A DNA stretch of 64,000 bases from Myxococcota bacterium (GTDB lineage: Bacteria; Myxococcota_A; SURF-8): positions 2,400,001 to 2,464,000 of the forward strand of contig OZ223209.1 of assembly GCA_965140415.1 (NCBI GenBank), written 5' to 3'. The notes under the pieces were generated by a model. The model made no database searches and was not told the DNA's origin. It saw only the letters and a program-made list of their open reading frames with translations. Below, piece after piece: positions 46,483 to 56,990 of the stretch; positions within the stretch are counted from its first letter, which is position 1; each line of letters begins with the position of its first letter. Made by a program: the position numbers and the translations under genes.

Positions 46483-47031
46483 TTACTTTTCTTGACCTGA
46501 TCCTGGAGTGACAAGTTTCCATTGCTTGTCTTTGTCGGAAACGATTTCGATGGGTCGCGGCCATAAAATGCCGAAGACCGGATCGTCGTAGCGCACACCG
46601 CGTGACGCCTGCTCGTTGTAAGGAACGGAAATCTGGTAAAATACTTCGCTGAAATCTTCCAAAGTCAGAAATCCGTGCGCCAACCCCTGTGGTGCATAGA
46701 GCAGACGATTGTTTTCTGCCGTCAGTTCCGTTCCGTACCAGTGGCGATAGCTTGGCGAGTCGGGGCGCAGATCCACCAGCACGTCGAAGACCGCGCCGCG
46801 CGTGCAGCGGATCAGTTTGCATTCCGCATGGGGTTCGATTTGATAATGCATCCCACGCAGGGTTCCGGCCTTCAGGTTGAATGAGGTCGAACATTGGGCG
46901 ATTTCCGGATTCAAACCGGCCTGCTCGAATTCTTCCCTACAGTAGGTGCGAGCGAAAAAGCCGCGTGAATCGCTCTGTTCTTCCAACTCGATCAGAAAAG
47001 CTCCTGCTAGATTCGTTTTTGTGAATTTCAT
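46483..47031 (-). CDS. rfbC: NDP-4-keto-6-deoxyhexose 3,5-epimerase (RfbC/RmlC family)
   Basis: DSRGFF, GTLRGMHYQ, GLAHGFLTL. Confidence 0.9.
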   Translation of the reverse strand: MKFTKTNLAGAFLIELEEQSDSRGFFARTYCREEFEQAGLNPEIAQCSTSFNLKAGTLRGMHYQIEPHAECKLIRCTRGAVFDVLVDLRPDSPSYRHWYGTELTAENNRLLYAPQGLAHGFLTLEDFSEVFYQISVPYNEQASRGVRYDDPVFGILWPRPIEIVSDKDKQWKLVTPGSGQEK

Positions 47032-48287
47032 AACTGAACTCCAGTGCCATATTCAATAATGCGAGGAGTTGGAACGGGAAGGATGAAGTGTCCTCCATTT
47101 CGTAAAAACGATTCCTGCTGCCGGATGATTTCGCTTGCAAAGTTCCAGGTCAGTAGCAGGACGTAGTCGGGATTTCTGGTCTGCAATGTTTCTGGCGGAA
47201 GTATTGGTAGAGTTTGACCGGGCATGTAAAGCCCCTGCTTGTGCGGGCTTCTATCCACAACAAAATCCAACAGGTTTTCCCCGATGCCGAAGACGTTTAG
47301 TAATGTACTTCCTTTAGCCGCCGCACCGTAGGCCGCTAGCTGCTTTCCCTTCGCTTTAAGCTCTTGCAGCAGTGAGGTGAGCGTGTCTTTCAACTCCCAG
47401 ACGCCGTCGCTAAAAGCCTTGTAGCTTTGCGGCTGATCTACTCCCCATTCCGATTCTTCCAGCAGCAGTTGACGAACGCTGCGGTCGGGAACCACGTTTT
47501 TCGCATGGCCTACAACGAGCCTGAGTGATCCGCCATGAATCGGCACCTGCTCGACGCGTAGCAGTGCCAACTCGTGCGAACGGAACAGACGTTGCAAAGC
47601 GGTTAAGGAAAAGTAGCACAGGTGTTCATGGTAAATCGTGTCGAATTCCAGCCGGTCCAGCAGCGGCTTTAAATAGGGGGCTTCGATCACGGCGATGCCA
47701 TCGGGTTTCAACAGCAAACGGAAGCCTTCAACAAAGCCATTTAAATCGGCGACATGTGCCAGTACATTGTGGGCGTGAATTACATCTGCTTTCCCTAACG
47801 TCGATGATACCTGCTCGGCGACTTCTGGATTGAAAAAGGCGACCGTTGTAGGAATGCCGTGTTGCTCGATTGCGACATTGGCGACGTTCTCCGCCGGTTC
47901 AATGCCGTGCACCGGGATATTGTGTTGCTTGTAATATTGCAGCAGGTAGCCATCGTTGCTGGCGATTTCTACGACCCGGCTACTCGTGGAAAGATTTCGT
48001 TCTTCGATGATTGCGCTGGCCAATGATTTTGCATGGGCGAGCATCGTATCGGAATAAGAGGAAAAATAGGGATAGTCTGAAAATAGCATTTCAGGTGGTA
48101 CTGTTTCGCTGATTTGTACTAAGCTACAAGCAGGGCAGAGCAGCAGGCGCAATGGATAGATCGCTTCCTGCTGTGAGAGTTCCTTTTCGCTGCGCAACGC
48201 ATTGGCTAACGGCGTTTCTCCCAAGTCCAGAATTTCAACGAGATCCCTATGGCCGCAAGCTCGGCAATGGGTGATTTCCGGACTCAT
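47028..48287 (-). CDS. NDP-hexose C-3 methyltransferase (zinc-binding, TcaB9/EryBIII-like)
   Basis: CRACG and [40 protein letters not shown]. Confidence 0.9.
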   Translation of the reverse strand: MSPEITHCRACGHRDLVEILDLGETPLANALRSEKELSQQEAIYPLRLLLCPACSLVQISETVPPEMLFSDYPYFSSYSDTMLAHAKSLASAIIEERNLSTSSRVVEIASNDGYLLQYYKQHNIPVHGIEPAENVANVAIEQHGIPTTVAFFNPEVAEQVSSTLGKADVIHAHNVLAHVADLNGFVEGFRLLLKPDGIAVIEAPYLKPLLDRLEFDTIYHEHLCYFSLTALQRLFRSHELALLRVEQVPIHGGSLRLVVGHAKNVVPDRSVRQLLLEESEWGVDQPQSYKAFSDGVWELKDTLTSLLQELKAKGKQLAAYGAAAKGSTLLNVFGIGENLLDFVVDRSPHKQGLYMPGQTLPILPPETLQTRNPDYVLLLTWNFASEIIRQQESFLRNGGHFILPVPTPRIIEYGTGVQL

Positions 48288-49270
48288 GATTGCTCCTCGA
48301 AATAGCGCCGGTACCACGCAATCGTTTGCATGAGTCCTTCCTTCATTGAGAAATCCGAACTCCAGCCCAGTAACTCATGAGCTTTTTTGGCGCTGAGATA
48401 TTGTTCTTTTATTTCATGACTGGCTTGATTTTGCACGACCGCTTGCAGATTCGAATCCATCGCCTGCAAAACGGCATCCACAACTTGTAGGACCGTCATT
48501 GGCGTTTCTGTAGAGAAATTGAAGGCTTCGCCGATTAACGAACGGTTTTCGGCCAGTTTTTCCGCCAATGTCATATAGGCGCGAGCGCCATCTTCAATGT
48601 AGAAATAATCGCGAACGAAAAGACCGTCCGAGCGAACGATCGGAGAGTCTCCGCGAAGCACCGAGCGAATGGTGCCGGGGATGATCCGATTCCAGTTCAA
48701 ATCGCCGCCACCGTAGAAATTGCCGCAGCGGGTGATGGCAACCGGTAGTTCGTAGGTTTTAGCGTAACTTTGTGCAAGTAGATCCGCACAGGATTTGCTG
48801 ACGTCATAAGGGTAACGCCCGATCAGCGGTGCGTTTTCGGTGTAGGGCAATTCGGATTGGTCCCCATAGGCTTTGTCGGAAGAAGCCAGAACAATCTGCT
48901 TGACGGCAGGGCTTCTGCGGGCGGCTTCCAGCACCGTCCATGTTCCCCTAATGTTTGAATCCAGTGTGGAAATCGGATTGCGAGACGCAACCTGCACCGT
49001 GGTTTGCGCAGCCAAATGGAAAACCGTATCGATTTCGTATTCTCCAAGTGCGCGTTCCATCAATTCCTGATCTCGGATGTCCCCATAGACCGCTCGTACC
49101 CGATTAAGGTTTCCTGTTCGTAACAGATCCGCCTGGGGTACGTGATCGCGCAGCAGGCAAACTACATCCGCTTGGTGTTTGAGTAGTTCCGTTACCAACC
49201 AGCTTCCAAGTAAGCCGGTGGCGCCGGTGACGAAAACCGGGCGATCTTGCCAGAAGGGATTCAACTCCAT
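48284..49270 (-). CDS. rfbG: CDP-glucose 4,6-dehydratase-like protein
   Basis: [35 protein letters not shown]; adjacent to rfbF. Confidence 0.82.
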   Translation of the reverse strand: MELNPFWQDRPVFVTGATGLLGSWLVTELLKHQADVVCLLRDHVPQADLLRTGNLNRVRAVYGDIRDQELMERALGEYEIDTVFHLAAQTTVQVASRNPISTLDSNIRGTWTVLEAARRSPAVKQIVLASSDKAYGDQSELPYTENAPLIGRYPYDVSKSCADLLAQSYAKTYELPVAITRCGNFYGGGDLNWNRIIPGTIRSVLRGDSPIVRSDGLFVRDYFYIEDGARAYMTLAEKLAENRSLIGEAFNFSTETPMTVLQVVDAVLQAMDSNLQAVVQNQASHEIKEQYLSAKKAHELLGWSSDFSMKEGLMQTIAWYRRYFEEQS

Positions 49271-50031
49271 AGTTTCCATTCGGGATTTCCCTTTTGCCAG
49301 AGTGATTCAAGATAACGTTTGTCGCGCAAAGTGTCCATGCATTGCCAGAAGCCGTCGTGACGGTAGGCTGCTAGCTTTCCTTGTTTAGAAAGGATCGTCA
49401 GTGCTCCGCGCTCCAGGCTGTCCATCTCACCGTTGATCAGATCCAAGGCCTCCGGATTCAACACCATATAACCGCCATTGATCCAGCCTTCGCCGATTTG
49501 CGGTTTTTCCTCGAACACGGAGACCAGATCGCCGTCGAGCGACAAGCCACCGAAGCGGGAAGGGGGGCGAACTGCGCTGATGGTGGCTGTAGCCCCGTTT
49601 TGTTTATGGAAATTCGATAGTGCTCGCAGATCGATGGTGCTGACGCCGTCTCCGTAAGTGAGGAAGAAGGGCTCGTCTTTCAGATGCTCTTTCAGTCGCA
49701 ATACTCGGCCACCGGTTTGGGTCGGTTGGCCGGTGTCATGCAGATGGATCGTCCAATTCTCACGATGAGGAGTGATGCGAGTCAAGTCGCCCTGCTTGAG
49801 ATCGATGGTCAGATCGCCGGAAAGGTGCATCATGTCCATGAAATAGCGCTTGATGATTTCACCTTTATAACCCAGAGCGATGTGAAACTCGTCAAATCCG
49901 AAGTGGGCGTAATGTTTCATGATATGCCAGAGAATCGGATATCCGCCGATTTCCACCATGGGTTTGGGGCGAATTTCGGTTTCTTCTGTCAATCGAGTTC
50001 CGAGACCGCCAGCCAGTATCACGACTTTCAT
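49261..50031 (-). CDS. rfbF: Glucose-1-phosphate cytidylyltransferase
   Basis: [40 protein letters not shown]. Confidence 0.95.
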   Translation of the reverse strand: MKVVILAGGLGTRLTEETEIRPKPMVEIGGYPILWHIMKHYAHFGFDEFHIALGYKGEIIKRYFMDMMHLSGDLTIDLKQGDLTRITPHRENWTIHLHDTGQPTQTGGRVLRLKEHLKDEPFFLTYGDGVSTIDLRALSNFHKQNGATATISAVRPPSRFGGLSLDGDLVSVFEEKPQIGEGWINGGYMVLNPEALDLINGEMDSLERGALTILSKQGKLAAYRHDGFWQCMDTLRDKRYLESLWQKGNPEWKLWS

Positions 50032-50341
50032 ATTGATGTCCCATTGCATATACTGGAAAAACAACATATTTTCCAAGCATTATAGCGTATTGGAAAGGTA
50101 GGGACAAGTGAATATATTGAGTGCCTCTCTACACAGAACGAAATTCAGGATTCAAAATGGAAATGACTGTTAGAAATCCAACACAAACTGAAGGTGTTTT
50201 TCCTCTTTTCAAATGTATTTTTAAGCCCCTTTCCTTTACACTAAAGTGACTTCAAACTAGAATGAAGCGAAAGCACGTTATGCATTATGTAAATGACAGT
50301 TATTGATATCAAGTCTTGTTTCTTTGTTGGAAAGGCAGTTG

Positions 50342-50956
50342 ATGGATCTCGATATTCAAACCTTGCAGGATAAGCTGAAACAACAGACGCATTCGGAATT
50401 GGAACCTCAGTGGAAAAAGTCGATGGTTGCCTCTGCTGTATTGGCTCCGCTGTTTGTAAAAGACGGTAAACCGCATTTGTTGTTTACCAAGCGGACGGAC
50501 TTGGTCAAGCATCATAAAGGGCAGATCAGTTTTCCCGGGGGACGCAGAGATCCGGAAGATGTCTCCATGTTGGATTGTGCGTTGCGGGAAACCAACGAAG
50601 AAATCGGAGTGCCGCCGGAACAGGTTACGATATTGGGACGTTTGGATGAGCAACCCGTAATAACCAATTATCGAATCGCGCCCTTTGTGGGTCGAATTCC
50701 TTACCCATACGATTTTGAATTGAGTGCATCTGAAATCGATCGATTGATCATCGTTGCTGTAGAAGACTTTTTCAATCCGGATGTGTATCGTCTGGAAATA
50801 CGAAACTTTATGAATCAAGCCTTTCCGATTCATTTCTATGATGTGGCCGGAGAAACGATATGGGGGGCGACGGGACGGATTTTGACAAATCTGTTAATGG
50901 TGGGTTTTGATTATACTCCACCGGCTTACAAGCAGTATCTCGCTAAAACCACATAA
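50342..50956 (+). CDS. Nudix hydrolase, CoA pyrophosphatase family
   Basis: LLFTKR...HKGQISFPGG, Nudix box ALRETNEEIG, IWGATG. Confidence 0.9.
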   Translation: MDLDIQTLQDKLKQQTHSELEPQWKKSMVASAVLAPLFVKDGKPHLLFTKRTDLVKHHKGQISFPGGRRDPEDVSMLDCALRETNEEIGVPPEQVTILGRLDEQPVITNYRIAPFVGRIPYPYDFELSASEIDRLIIVAVEDFFNPDVYRLEIRNFMNQAFPIHFYDVAGETIWGATGRILTNLLMVGFDYTPPAYKQYLAKTT

Positions 50957-51015
50957 AACGATATCCCAAAACTGTGCAGATCGCTTTCGTATCACAGCAG
51001 GTTGAGTGAAGAATT

Positions 51016-52194
51016 TTACTCTACTAGGGGAGATTCTTTGACGGAACTGGAAAGAATCGTGGTGTCACGGGTTTCTTTGGCTTGATACAGGGCTTTATCG
51101 GCGGCTTGAATCAAGCTGTCACTATCGTGGATGTCCGGATTGGGAAAGTCTGCGACCCCCATGCTGACGGAGATGAAAATATCATCCGGCAGGTAGGTAA
51201 ACTGGAATGCTTTGACTTTCTCTCTTAGGCGTTCACAGAAAATGTAGGCGTGTCCTTCGCGAATCGATGGCAGCAGGATAATGAATTCCTCTCCGCCGGT
51301 TCGTGCCACCACATCGACCTGCCGCACTGACCCTCGCAGGATTCCGGCCAATTCGTACAGAACCATATCTCCGGCGAGATGGCCGTATGTGTCGTTGATT
51401 CTCTTGAACCAATCGATGTCCAGCAGCACCAGCGAGAAGGGCTGGCCGTAGCGGATCGAACGCTGGATTTCTTCGCTAAGTCTTTTGAACAAGTAGCGGC
51501 GATTGTAGAGCTTCGTCAATTCGTCGGTGATGGACATTTCTTCAAGAATGCGACTGCGTTGCCGCACCTCTTCCATTCTGTCGGCCATCTTCATTTCGAG
51601 AGAACGATTATATTCTTCGATGATTTCCTGAGATTTCTCCAAAGAGGAAATCAGTCGACGCGTTTCTGTCATGTCGCGACCGATTCCTACGATTCCCACA
51701 ATGTTGCCGTCTTCATTTTGAATGGGAGACCCGGAGAAACTTATTGGGATTGGATCGTTGTTGCGGTTTTTGTAGTTCAACTCATAGTTGTACAGGGAGT
51801 TGTCATCAACGATGGAATTGATGATAAAACGTTCTATTTCTCGATGGGTGTCGGTGTCTTCTTGAGTGTTTTCATTGGTCAGTACGAAATCGGATAGATG
51901 ATGACCAATGATTTCGTCTGGTGCAAAGCCTGTCGTTAGCTGGAATACGCGGTTTGCGCCTTGAACGATTCCTTTGAGATCGATAATCAATGCACATTCG
52001 GGCAGAGACTGAAAAATTTGATTGTAGTTCTTGACTGGGGATTCATCCGCAGAAATGGGTGTCCCCTCCGCACTACCCAAATTAATCGTTGGAGGAAGAG
52101 AATCCGGACCCAGCCGAATGTCACTTTCTTTGGGCTTGTCAGTGTTTGCCATCGTCTTTGTGCATTCTTCCGTGAAGCTTTTTGTCGATTCCAA
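51016..52194 (-). CDS. PAS-domain diguanylate cyclase
   Basis: PAS, coiled coil, DELTKLYNRR, FKRIND.YGH..GD, I-site RQVD, GGEEF; start may be 52152. Confidence 0.92.
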   Translation of the reverse strand: MESTKSFTEECTKTMANTDKPKESDIRLGPDSLPPTINLGSAEGTPISADESPVKNYNQIFQSLPECALIIDLKGIVQGANRVFQLTTGFAPDEIIGHHLSDFVLTNENTQEDTDTHREIERFIINSIVDDNSLYNYELNYKNRNNDPIPISFSGSPIQNEDGNIVGIVGIGRDMTETRRLISSLEKSQEIIEEYNRSLEMKMADRMEEVRQRSRILEEMSITDELTKLYNRRYLFKRLSEEIQRSIRYGQPFSLVLLDIDWFKRINDTYGHLAGDMVLYELAGILRGSVRQVDVVARTGGEEFIILLPSIREGHAYIFCERLREKVKAFQFTYLPDDIFISVSMGVADFPNPDIHDSDSLIQAADKALYQAKETRDTTILSSSVKESPLVE

Positions 52195-52412
52195 CCGTTT
52201 CCTGGGTTGATTTAAAACGGACTTACATTATCATGTCGATATGGAAAACACAATAAGAATTCGGCAGTCACCGACATCCAAAAAAAATTGACTTCGGGAA
52301 TAAATCTTGATACTAAGCTGTTTCTTCAACCGAGTGCGGGCAATCTATTCAAGGCCCATGTATAGTATGGCAGATAAGTACTTGTTAACAATAGTGAATT
52401 GAGAGGGTTATC

Positions 52413-53342
52413 ATGATCTCTGTGACTAACCTCACGAAGCGTTATGGTCCTGTCACTGCCGTCGACGATATCTCATTCGAGGTAAAACGAGGTGAGATTC
52501 TGGGATTTCTTGGACCAAATGGGGCCGGGAAGACCACAACGATGAAGGTGATTACCGGCTATTTGAATCCCACATCCGGGCAGGCCTCTGTGAAAGATTT
52601 AAACACAGCGACCAATCCGATGGAAGCCAAGCGCTCAATCGGGTATGTGCCGGAAAGTTTTCCGTTATATGAAGACATGATGGTGTATGAATACCTGGTC
52701 TTCATCGCTCAGATCCGACAGATTCCCTCTAGCCAGCAGGCTGATAAAATAATGCATATCGCAACCTTATGCGGATTACGTGAAGTTCTACATAAGGATA
52801 TCAGCGAACTGTCGAGAGGGTATCGGCAACGTGTCGGCCTGGCTCAGGCCATGATTCACGATCCGGATATTCTGATTCTCGATGAGCCAACCAGTGGTTT
52901 GGATCCCAACCAAATCGTGGAGATTCGTAACCTCATTAAGAAAGTTGGCGAAGAGAAAACGGTCATCCTTTCGACCCATATCCTTCCTGAAGTCACCGCG
53001 ACCTGTAACCGCGTGATCATCATCAACGAAGGTAAAATCGTTGCCGACGGTACCCCCGATGAATTGCTGGAGCGCGACCAGAGCAACGTGGTGATGACCG
53101 TGCAGTTGCAGCAGAATTACGACAACATCGAGGAAAGCTTGCAGCGGGTCGATTTCATCGAGAAGGTGCGGCGCTTGGAAGGGCATGAAGATACTCCTTC
53201 TTTCATGCTGGAATACAAAAAGGTGCATGACATTCGTGCCAAGGTTTTCCAGCTTGCGGTAGAGAAAAACTGGGTGCTGTTGGAAATGAAGAGTGAAGCT
53301 GTCAGTTTGGAAGATGTCTTCCGTAAGTTGACTGTGAGCTAG
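52413..53342 (+). CDS. ABC transporter ATP-binding protein (GldA-like)
   Basis: GPNGAGKTT, LSRGYRQRVGLAQA, ILDEPTSGLDP. Confidence 0.93.
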   Translation: MISVTNLTKRYGPVTAVDDISFEVKRGEILGFLGPNGAGKTTTMKVITGYLNPTSGQASVKDLNTATNPMEAKRSIGYVPESFPLYEDMMVYEYLVFIAQIRQIPSSQQADKIMHIATLCGLREVLHKDISELSRGYRQRVGLAQAMIHDPDILILDEPTSGLDPNQIVEIRNLIKKVGEEKTVILSTHILPEVTATCNRVIIINEGKIVADGTPDELLERDQSNVVMTVQLQQNYDNIEESLQRVDFIEKVRRLEGHEDTPSFMLEYKKVHDIRAKVFQLAVEKNWVLLEMKSEAVSLEDVFRKLTVS

Positions 53343-53359
53343 CACAGAGAGGTGCATTC

Positions 53360-54070
53360 ATGAAACAGATATGGTCTATTGCCAAGAAAGAGTTTGCGAG
53401 TTATTTCAACTCGTTGATTGCCTATATTGTGGTCGTGGTCTTTCTCCTGATCACCGGCTGGCTCTTTTTTCAGCAGTTCTTCCTTGCCGGGGAAACATCG
53501 GTTCGTTCTCTCTTTTCCATTATGCCGGTATTGTTTATCTTTTTCGCTCCCGCGATCACGATGCGTCTGATCTCGGAAGAGCGCAAAACCGGTACTCTGG
53601 AATTGATGATTACGTTACCGCTACGCAGTATGGATGTGGTTGTGGGAAAATTCCTGGCGGCTTTCGGGCTGTTGACCGTTGCCATTCTACTAACACTGAC
53701 CTACCCGATTACCGTTTCGTTTTTGGGAAATCTGGATTGGGGACCGGTGGTTGGCGGATATGTCGGATTGTTGCTGATGGGAGCTTCCTATCTGGCGCTT
53801 GGAACCTTCTGCTCGATTATCACACGCAACCAGATTGTGGCCTTCATCATAGGACTGGCATTGTGTTTCGGTCTGTACATCCTTGATAAGGTGTTGATAT
53901 TCTTGCCGAGTTTCATGGCAAGCGTAGTGGAATACATTTCGATCGACTATCACTTTAACAATATTGCAAGAGGTGTGCTGGATACGCGAGATCTGGTGTA
54001 TTACCTGAGCTTCATCGGAATGTTCCTGATGATCTCGGTGTATTCGCTGGACAGTGAAAAACTCAAGTAA
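53360..54070 (+). CDS. ABC-2 permease (GldF-like)
   Basis: Six TM helices; PAITMRLISEERKTGTLEL, RGVLDTRDLVYY. Confidence 0.88.
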   Translation: MKQIWSIAKKEFASYFNSLIAYIVVVVFLLITGWLFFQQFFLAGETSVRSLFSIMPVLFIFFAPAITMRLISEERKTGTLELMITLPLRSMDVVVGKFLAAFGLLTVAILLTLTYPITVSFLGNLDWGPVVGGYVGLLLMGASYLALGTFCSIITRNQIVAFIIGLALCFGLYILDKVLIFLPSFMASVVEYISIDYHFNNIARGVLDTRDLVYYLSFIGMFLMISVYSLDSEKLK

Positions 54071-54087
54071 TCCATGCAAGGTCAAAG

Positions 54088-55683
54088 GTGGTTAGGATGA
54101 AAGAAAAAACAGTCTCCAAAACCTCTACCGGCATCTTTATCGTCATGGTGATCGGTATTTTAGTGTTGGTTAATATCGTGTCCGCTCGACTTTTCGGTCG
54201 CTTGGATCTGACGGAAGATCAGCGCTTTTCCCTGGCTGATTCCAGTAAGGAAATCATGGCCGGTTTGGACGATCAGGTTTATGCCAAGGCGTACTTCACA
54301 GCCGATCTGCCTGCGCCATACAATGGGCTGGCGCGCTTCGTTCGTGACTTGTTCGAGGAATATTCGGCATACTCAAAGGGTAAATTTCAGTTTGAGTTCA
54401 TCGATCCGGGCGAGGATGAAGGTCAGCGCGGCGAAATGATGATGTTGGGTATCCCGCCGGTTCAGATTCAGGAAATTCGCGACGATAAGTTCCAGGTGCG
54501 TCAGGTGTATCTGGGAATCGTGTTCTATTTTGCAGATAAAAAAGAAGTGATTCCTATCGTGAAATCGACGGTCGGCCTGGAGTACGATATCACCAGCGCC
54601 ATCAAGAAACTGACCGCCGATAAGCTGAGGACGGTGGCGATCATGCAGGGGTATGGCACGCCGGATTACAATGAGCAGATGAGGGGTATCACGCAGGCGC
54701 TTTCTCATGACTTCAAGGCTGTACCGATCGATTTGAGCAGCAATGCCGCTGATAAATTGGACGAGGCCGACACGCTGTTGATCGTCAACCCGACCAGCGA
54801 AATCCCCGATGAGCAGCTTTACCTGATCGACCAGTTCCTGATGAAGGGACGCACGCTGGCGTTTTTAACGAACAATATTGACGTTAATATTCAAGAGACA
54901 CGCGCCAAGAAAGTCTCTACCGGTCTGGAAAAGTTGTTGCAGGCTTATGGGTTTACGATTAAAGACGATCTGTTGCTGGATTTACAGAACAAGCGCATCA
55001 ACGTATCGTCACAGCAGGGCATGTACCAGATCCGTAACATTATCAACTATCCGCTGATTCCAGTGATTACCGATTTCGATCCGGAAAACGTGTTGACCAG
55101 CCGATTGGATGCGCTTGGGCTTCCGTTCATGTCCTCTCTTGTCGTATCGCCCGATACGGAAAAAGTAACGTATCAGGTGTTGGGACGGACTTCTCCGAGA
55201 AGTTGGTCGCAGTCCGGCGTGTTTAACATTAACCCGATGGAAGACTTGTCGCCAAAAGGTGAGTCGGAGATGGGACCGTTCTCGGTTATCGCCTCCGCCA
55301 AGGGCAAGTTTACCAGCTATTTCGCGAAGAAAGCGAATGAATCCAATGGTATCGTGGATTCGGAACGGTTCTTGTCGGAAAGTCCGGAAACGAGAATTCT
55401 TGTCGTCAGTGGAGGCAATTTCGTAACCGATCAATTCGGTGATCCGAACAACATCGTATTCATCACCAACTGTGTGGATTGGCTTGTTCAGGACAACGCG
55501 CTTATCTCCATTCGCGGACGTGGAATACAGAGTAAGCCGATTGCCGAACTGGAAAACTGGGAGCGAGATGCCATCAAATACCTGAATTTGATTGGTGTGC
55601 CGTTGTTCTTTATCCTGTACGGATTGTTCCGTTGGCAAATGAGAAAAGCTCGCAAGCGCGGGTTGCAGTTGGCTTCGAAATAA
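54088..55683 (+). CDS. GldG-like ABC auxiliary protein
   Basis: RLDLTEDQRFSL, FEFIDP, LEYDITSAI, IDQFLMKG, C-terminal TM helix. Confidence 0.85.
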   Translation: MVRMKEKTVSKTSTGIFIVMVIGILVLVNIVSARLFGRLDLTEDQRFSLADSSKEIMAGLDDQVYAKAYFTADLPAPYNGLARFVRDLFEEYSAYSKGKFQFEFIDPGEDEGQRGEMMMLGIPPVQIQEIRDDKFQVRQVYLGIVFYFADKKEVIPIVKSTVGLEYDITSAIKKLTADKLRTVAIMQGYGTPDYNEQMRGITQALSHDFKAVPIDLSSNAADKLDEADTLLIVNPTSEIPDEQLYLIDQFLMKGRTLAFLTNNIDVNIQETRAKKVSTGLEKLLQAYGFTIKDDLLLDLQNKRINVSSQQGMYQIRNIINYPLIPVITDFDPENVLTSRLDALGLPFMSSLVVSPDTEKVTYQVLGRTSPRSWSQSGVFNINPMEDLSPKGESEMGPFSVIASAKGKFTSYFAKKANESNGIVDSERFLSESPETRILVVSGGNFVTDQFGDPNNIVFITNCVDWLVQDNALISIRGRGIQSKPIAELENWERDAIKYLNLIGVPLFFILYGLFRWQMRKARKRGLQLASK

Positions 55684-55713
55684 ACCCGATTTGCGATAGC
55701 GGGAGGAACAAGA

Positions 55714-56730
55714 ATGCAGAAAAACAAAACTCTTATCGCCGTTGCGATTTTCATTGTCTTGCTGTTGATTGTGATCTTTACCCATGAAGATCCTTATCAG
55801 CAGCCGGAAGCGAAGAATTTACCGACTTTGCCCAAGTTGCAGGTGGACCAGATCAATAAAGTGGAGCTGGTCAACAAAGCCGAGGCGATTACGTTTGAAA
55901 AAGAGGGTGACGCCTGGTATAGCAGCAAACCTGCCAGATACAAAATCGATGAGACGTTCGGTTCACTTGTAGTGGAAAAACTGGGCGATATCGAGCTGGA
56001 CCGGCCTGTCAGTGAAAGCGCTGAAAAACACAATCAGTTTGAGGTGGATGAGGAAGGCACACGCGTTAAGGCATTTGTCGGAGACGCGGAAGCGCTTTCG
56101 TTGATTGTTGGTAAGAATACTCCAGATTATAGAGGGACGTTCGTTAGATTGCCTGATTCGGATGTCGTTTACGCCACGAAAAAAGTGATCAGCAGCATGC
56201 TGAAGAAAAGCATTAAAGATTGGCGAGACAAGTCTATCCTTGGCAAATTCGAAGTTCCCAATGTGACCTCATTGGATATTACTCGCGGCAAGGAAAAAAT
56301 GACATTCGCCAAAGGTGATGTCGAAGTAGTAGAAAAGTCAGACGGCGACGGCAGTGACATCGTTACAAGTAAAGAAGGCTGGATTCTTAAGGATTATCCA
56401 GAGTTTACAGTAGATAAAACTCGCTTGGAAGGCTCGATTCGCATGCTGTCTACCATGAAGTGGTCCGATGTGATTGACTTGCCGAAATCGCTTTCCGATT
56501 ACGGTTTGGATAAGCCGGCAGCCTCACTGGAAATCGGCATGAAGGAAGGCGAGGCAAAAACGTTGCTGGTCGGCAAATTGAATGCGGAAGACAATGTCGG
56601 TTGGGTTAGCGTCGTCGGAGATGCTCGTGTGTTCAAGATTCAGAAGTATCAATACGACAAGTTACTCAAGGACAAAAGCTATTATAAAGGCGATTCCAAA
56701 GCTGATGTAAAGGTACCGCCAAGTAAGTAA
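55714..56730 (+). CDS. DUF4340-like protein
   Basis: N-terminal anchor; WRDK and YGLDKP motifs; usual position after GldAFG-like genes. Confidence 0.75.
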   Translation: MQKNKTLIAVAIFIVLLLIVIFTHEDPYQQPEAKNLPTLPKLQVDQINKVELVNKAEAITFEKEGDAWYSSKPARYKIDETFGSLVVEKLGDIELDRPVSESAEKHNQFEVDEEGTRVKAFVGDAEALSLIVGKNTPDYRGTFVRLPDSDVVYATKKVISSMLKKSIKDWRDKSILGKFEVPNVTSLDITRGKEKMTFAKGDVEVVEKSDGDGSDIVTSKEGWILKDYPEFTVDKTRLEGSIRMLSTMKWSDVIDLPKSLSDYGLDKPAASLEIGMKEGEAKTLLVGKLNAEDNVGWVSVVGDARVFKIQKYQYDKLLKDKSYYKGDSKADVKVPPSK

Positions 56731-56749
56731 AGAGCGTTGACCGTTTAAG

Positions 56750-56791
56750 AAAAAGACAAGCAGTTGCGTTCGTGCGGCTGCTTGTCTTTTT
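56750..56791 (+). terminator. Intrinsic terminator
   Basis: AAAAAGACAAGCAG...CTGCTTGTCTTTTT. Confidence 0.8.
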
Positions 56792-56990
56792 AAGTTATTC
56801 TTTACGATGAATTTCGCTTACATCTACAAGTCATAACTTACATTTATTTTATTCACTTGTTGTTCCGTGAAAAACATGATAGCTAGCGTTACACGTTCAT
56901 TATTCTAATTAGATAATGTTCAAGGATGCTTTGGTTTTGAAGCGGCGATGCTTTCGCCAAGGAAACAGATAACCTATAGGAGAAAAAACC

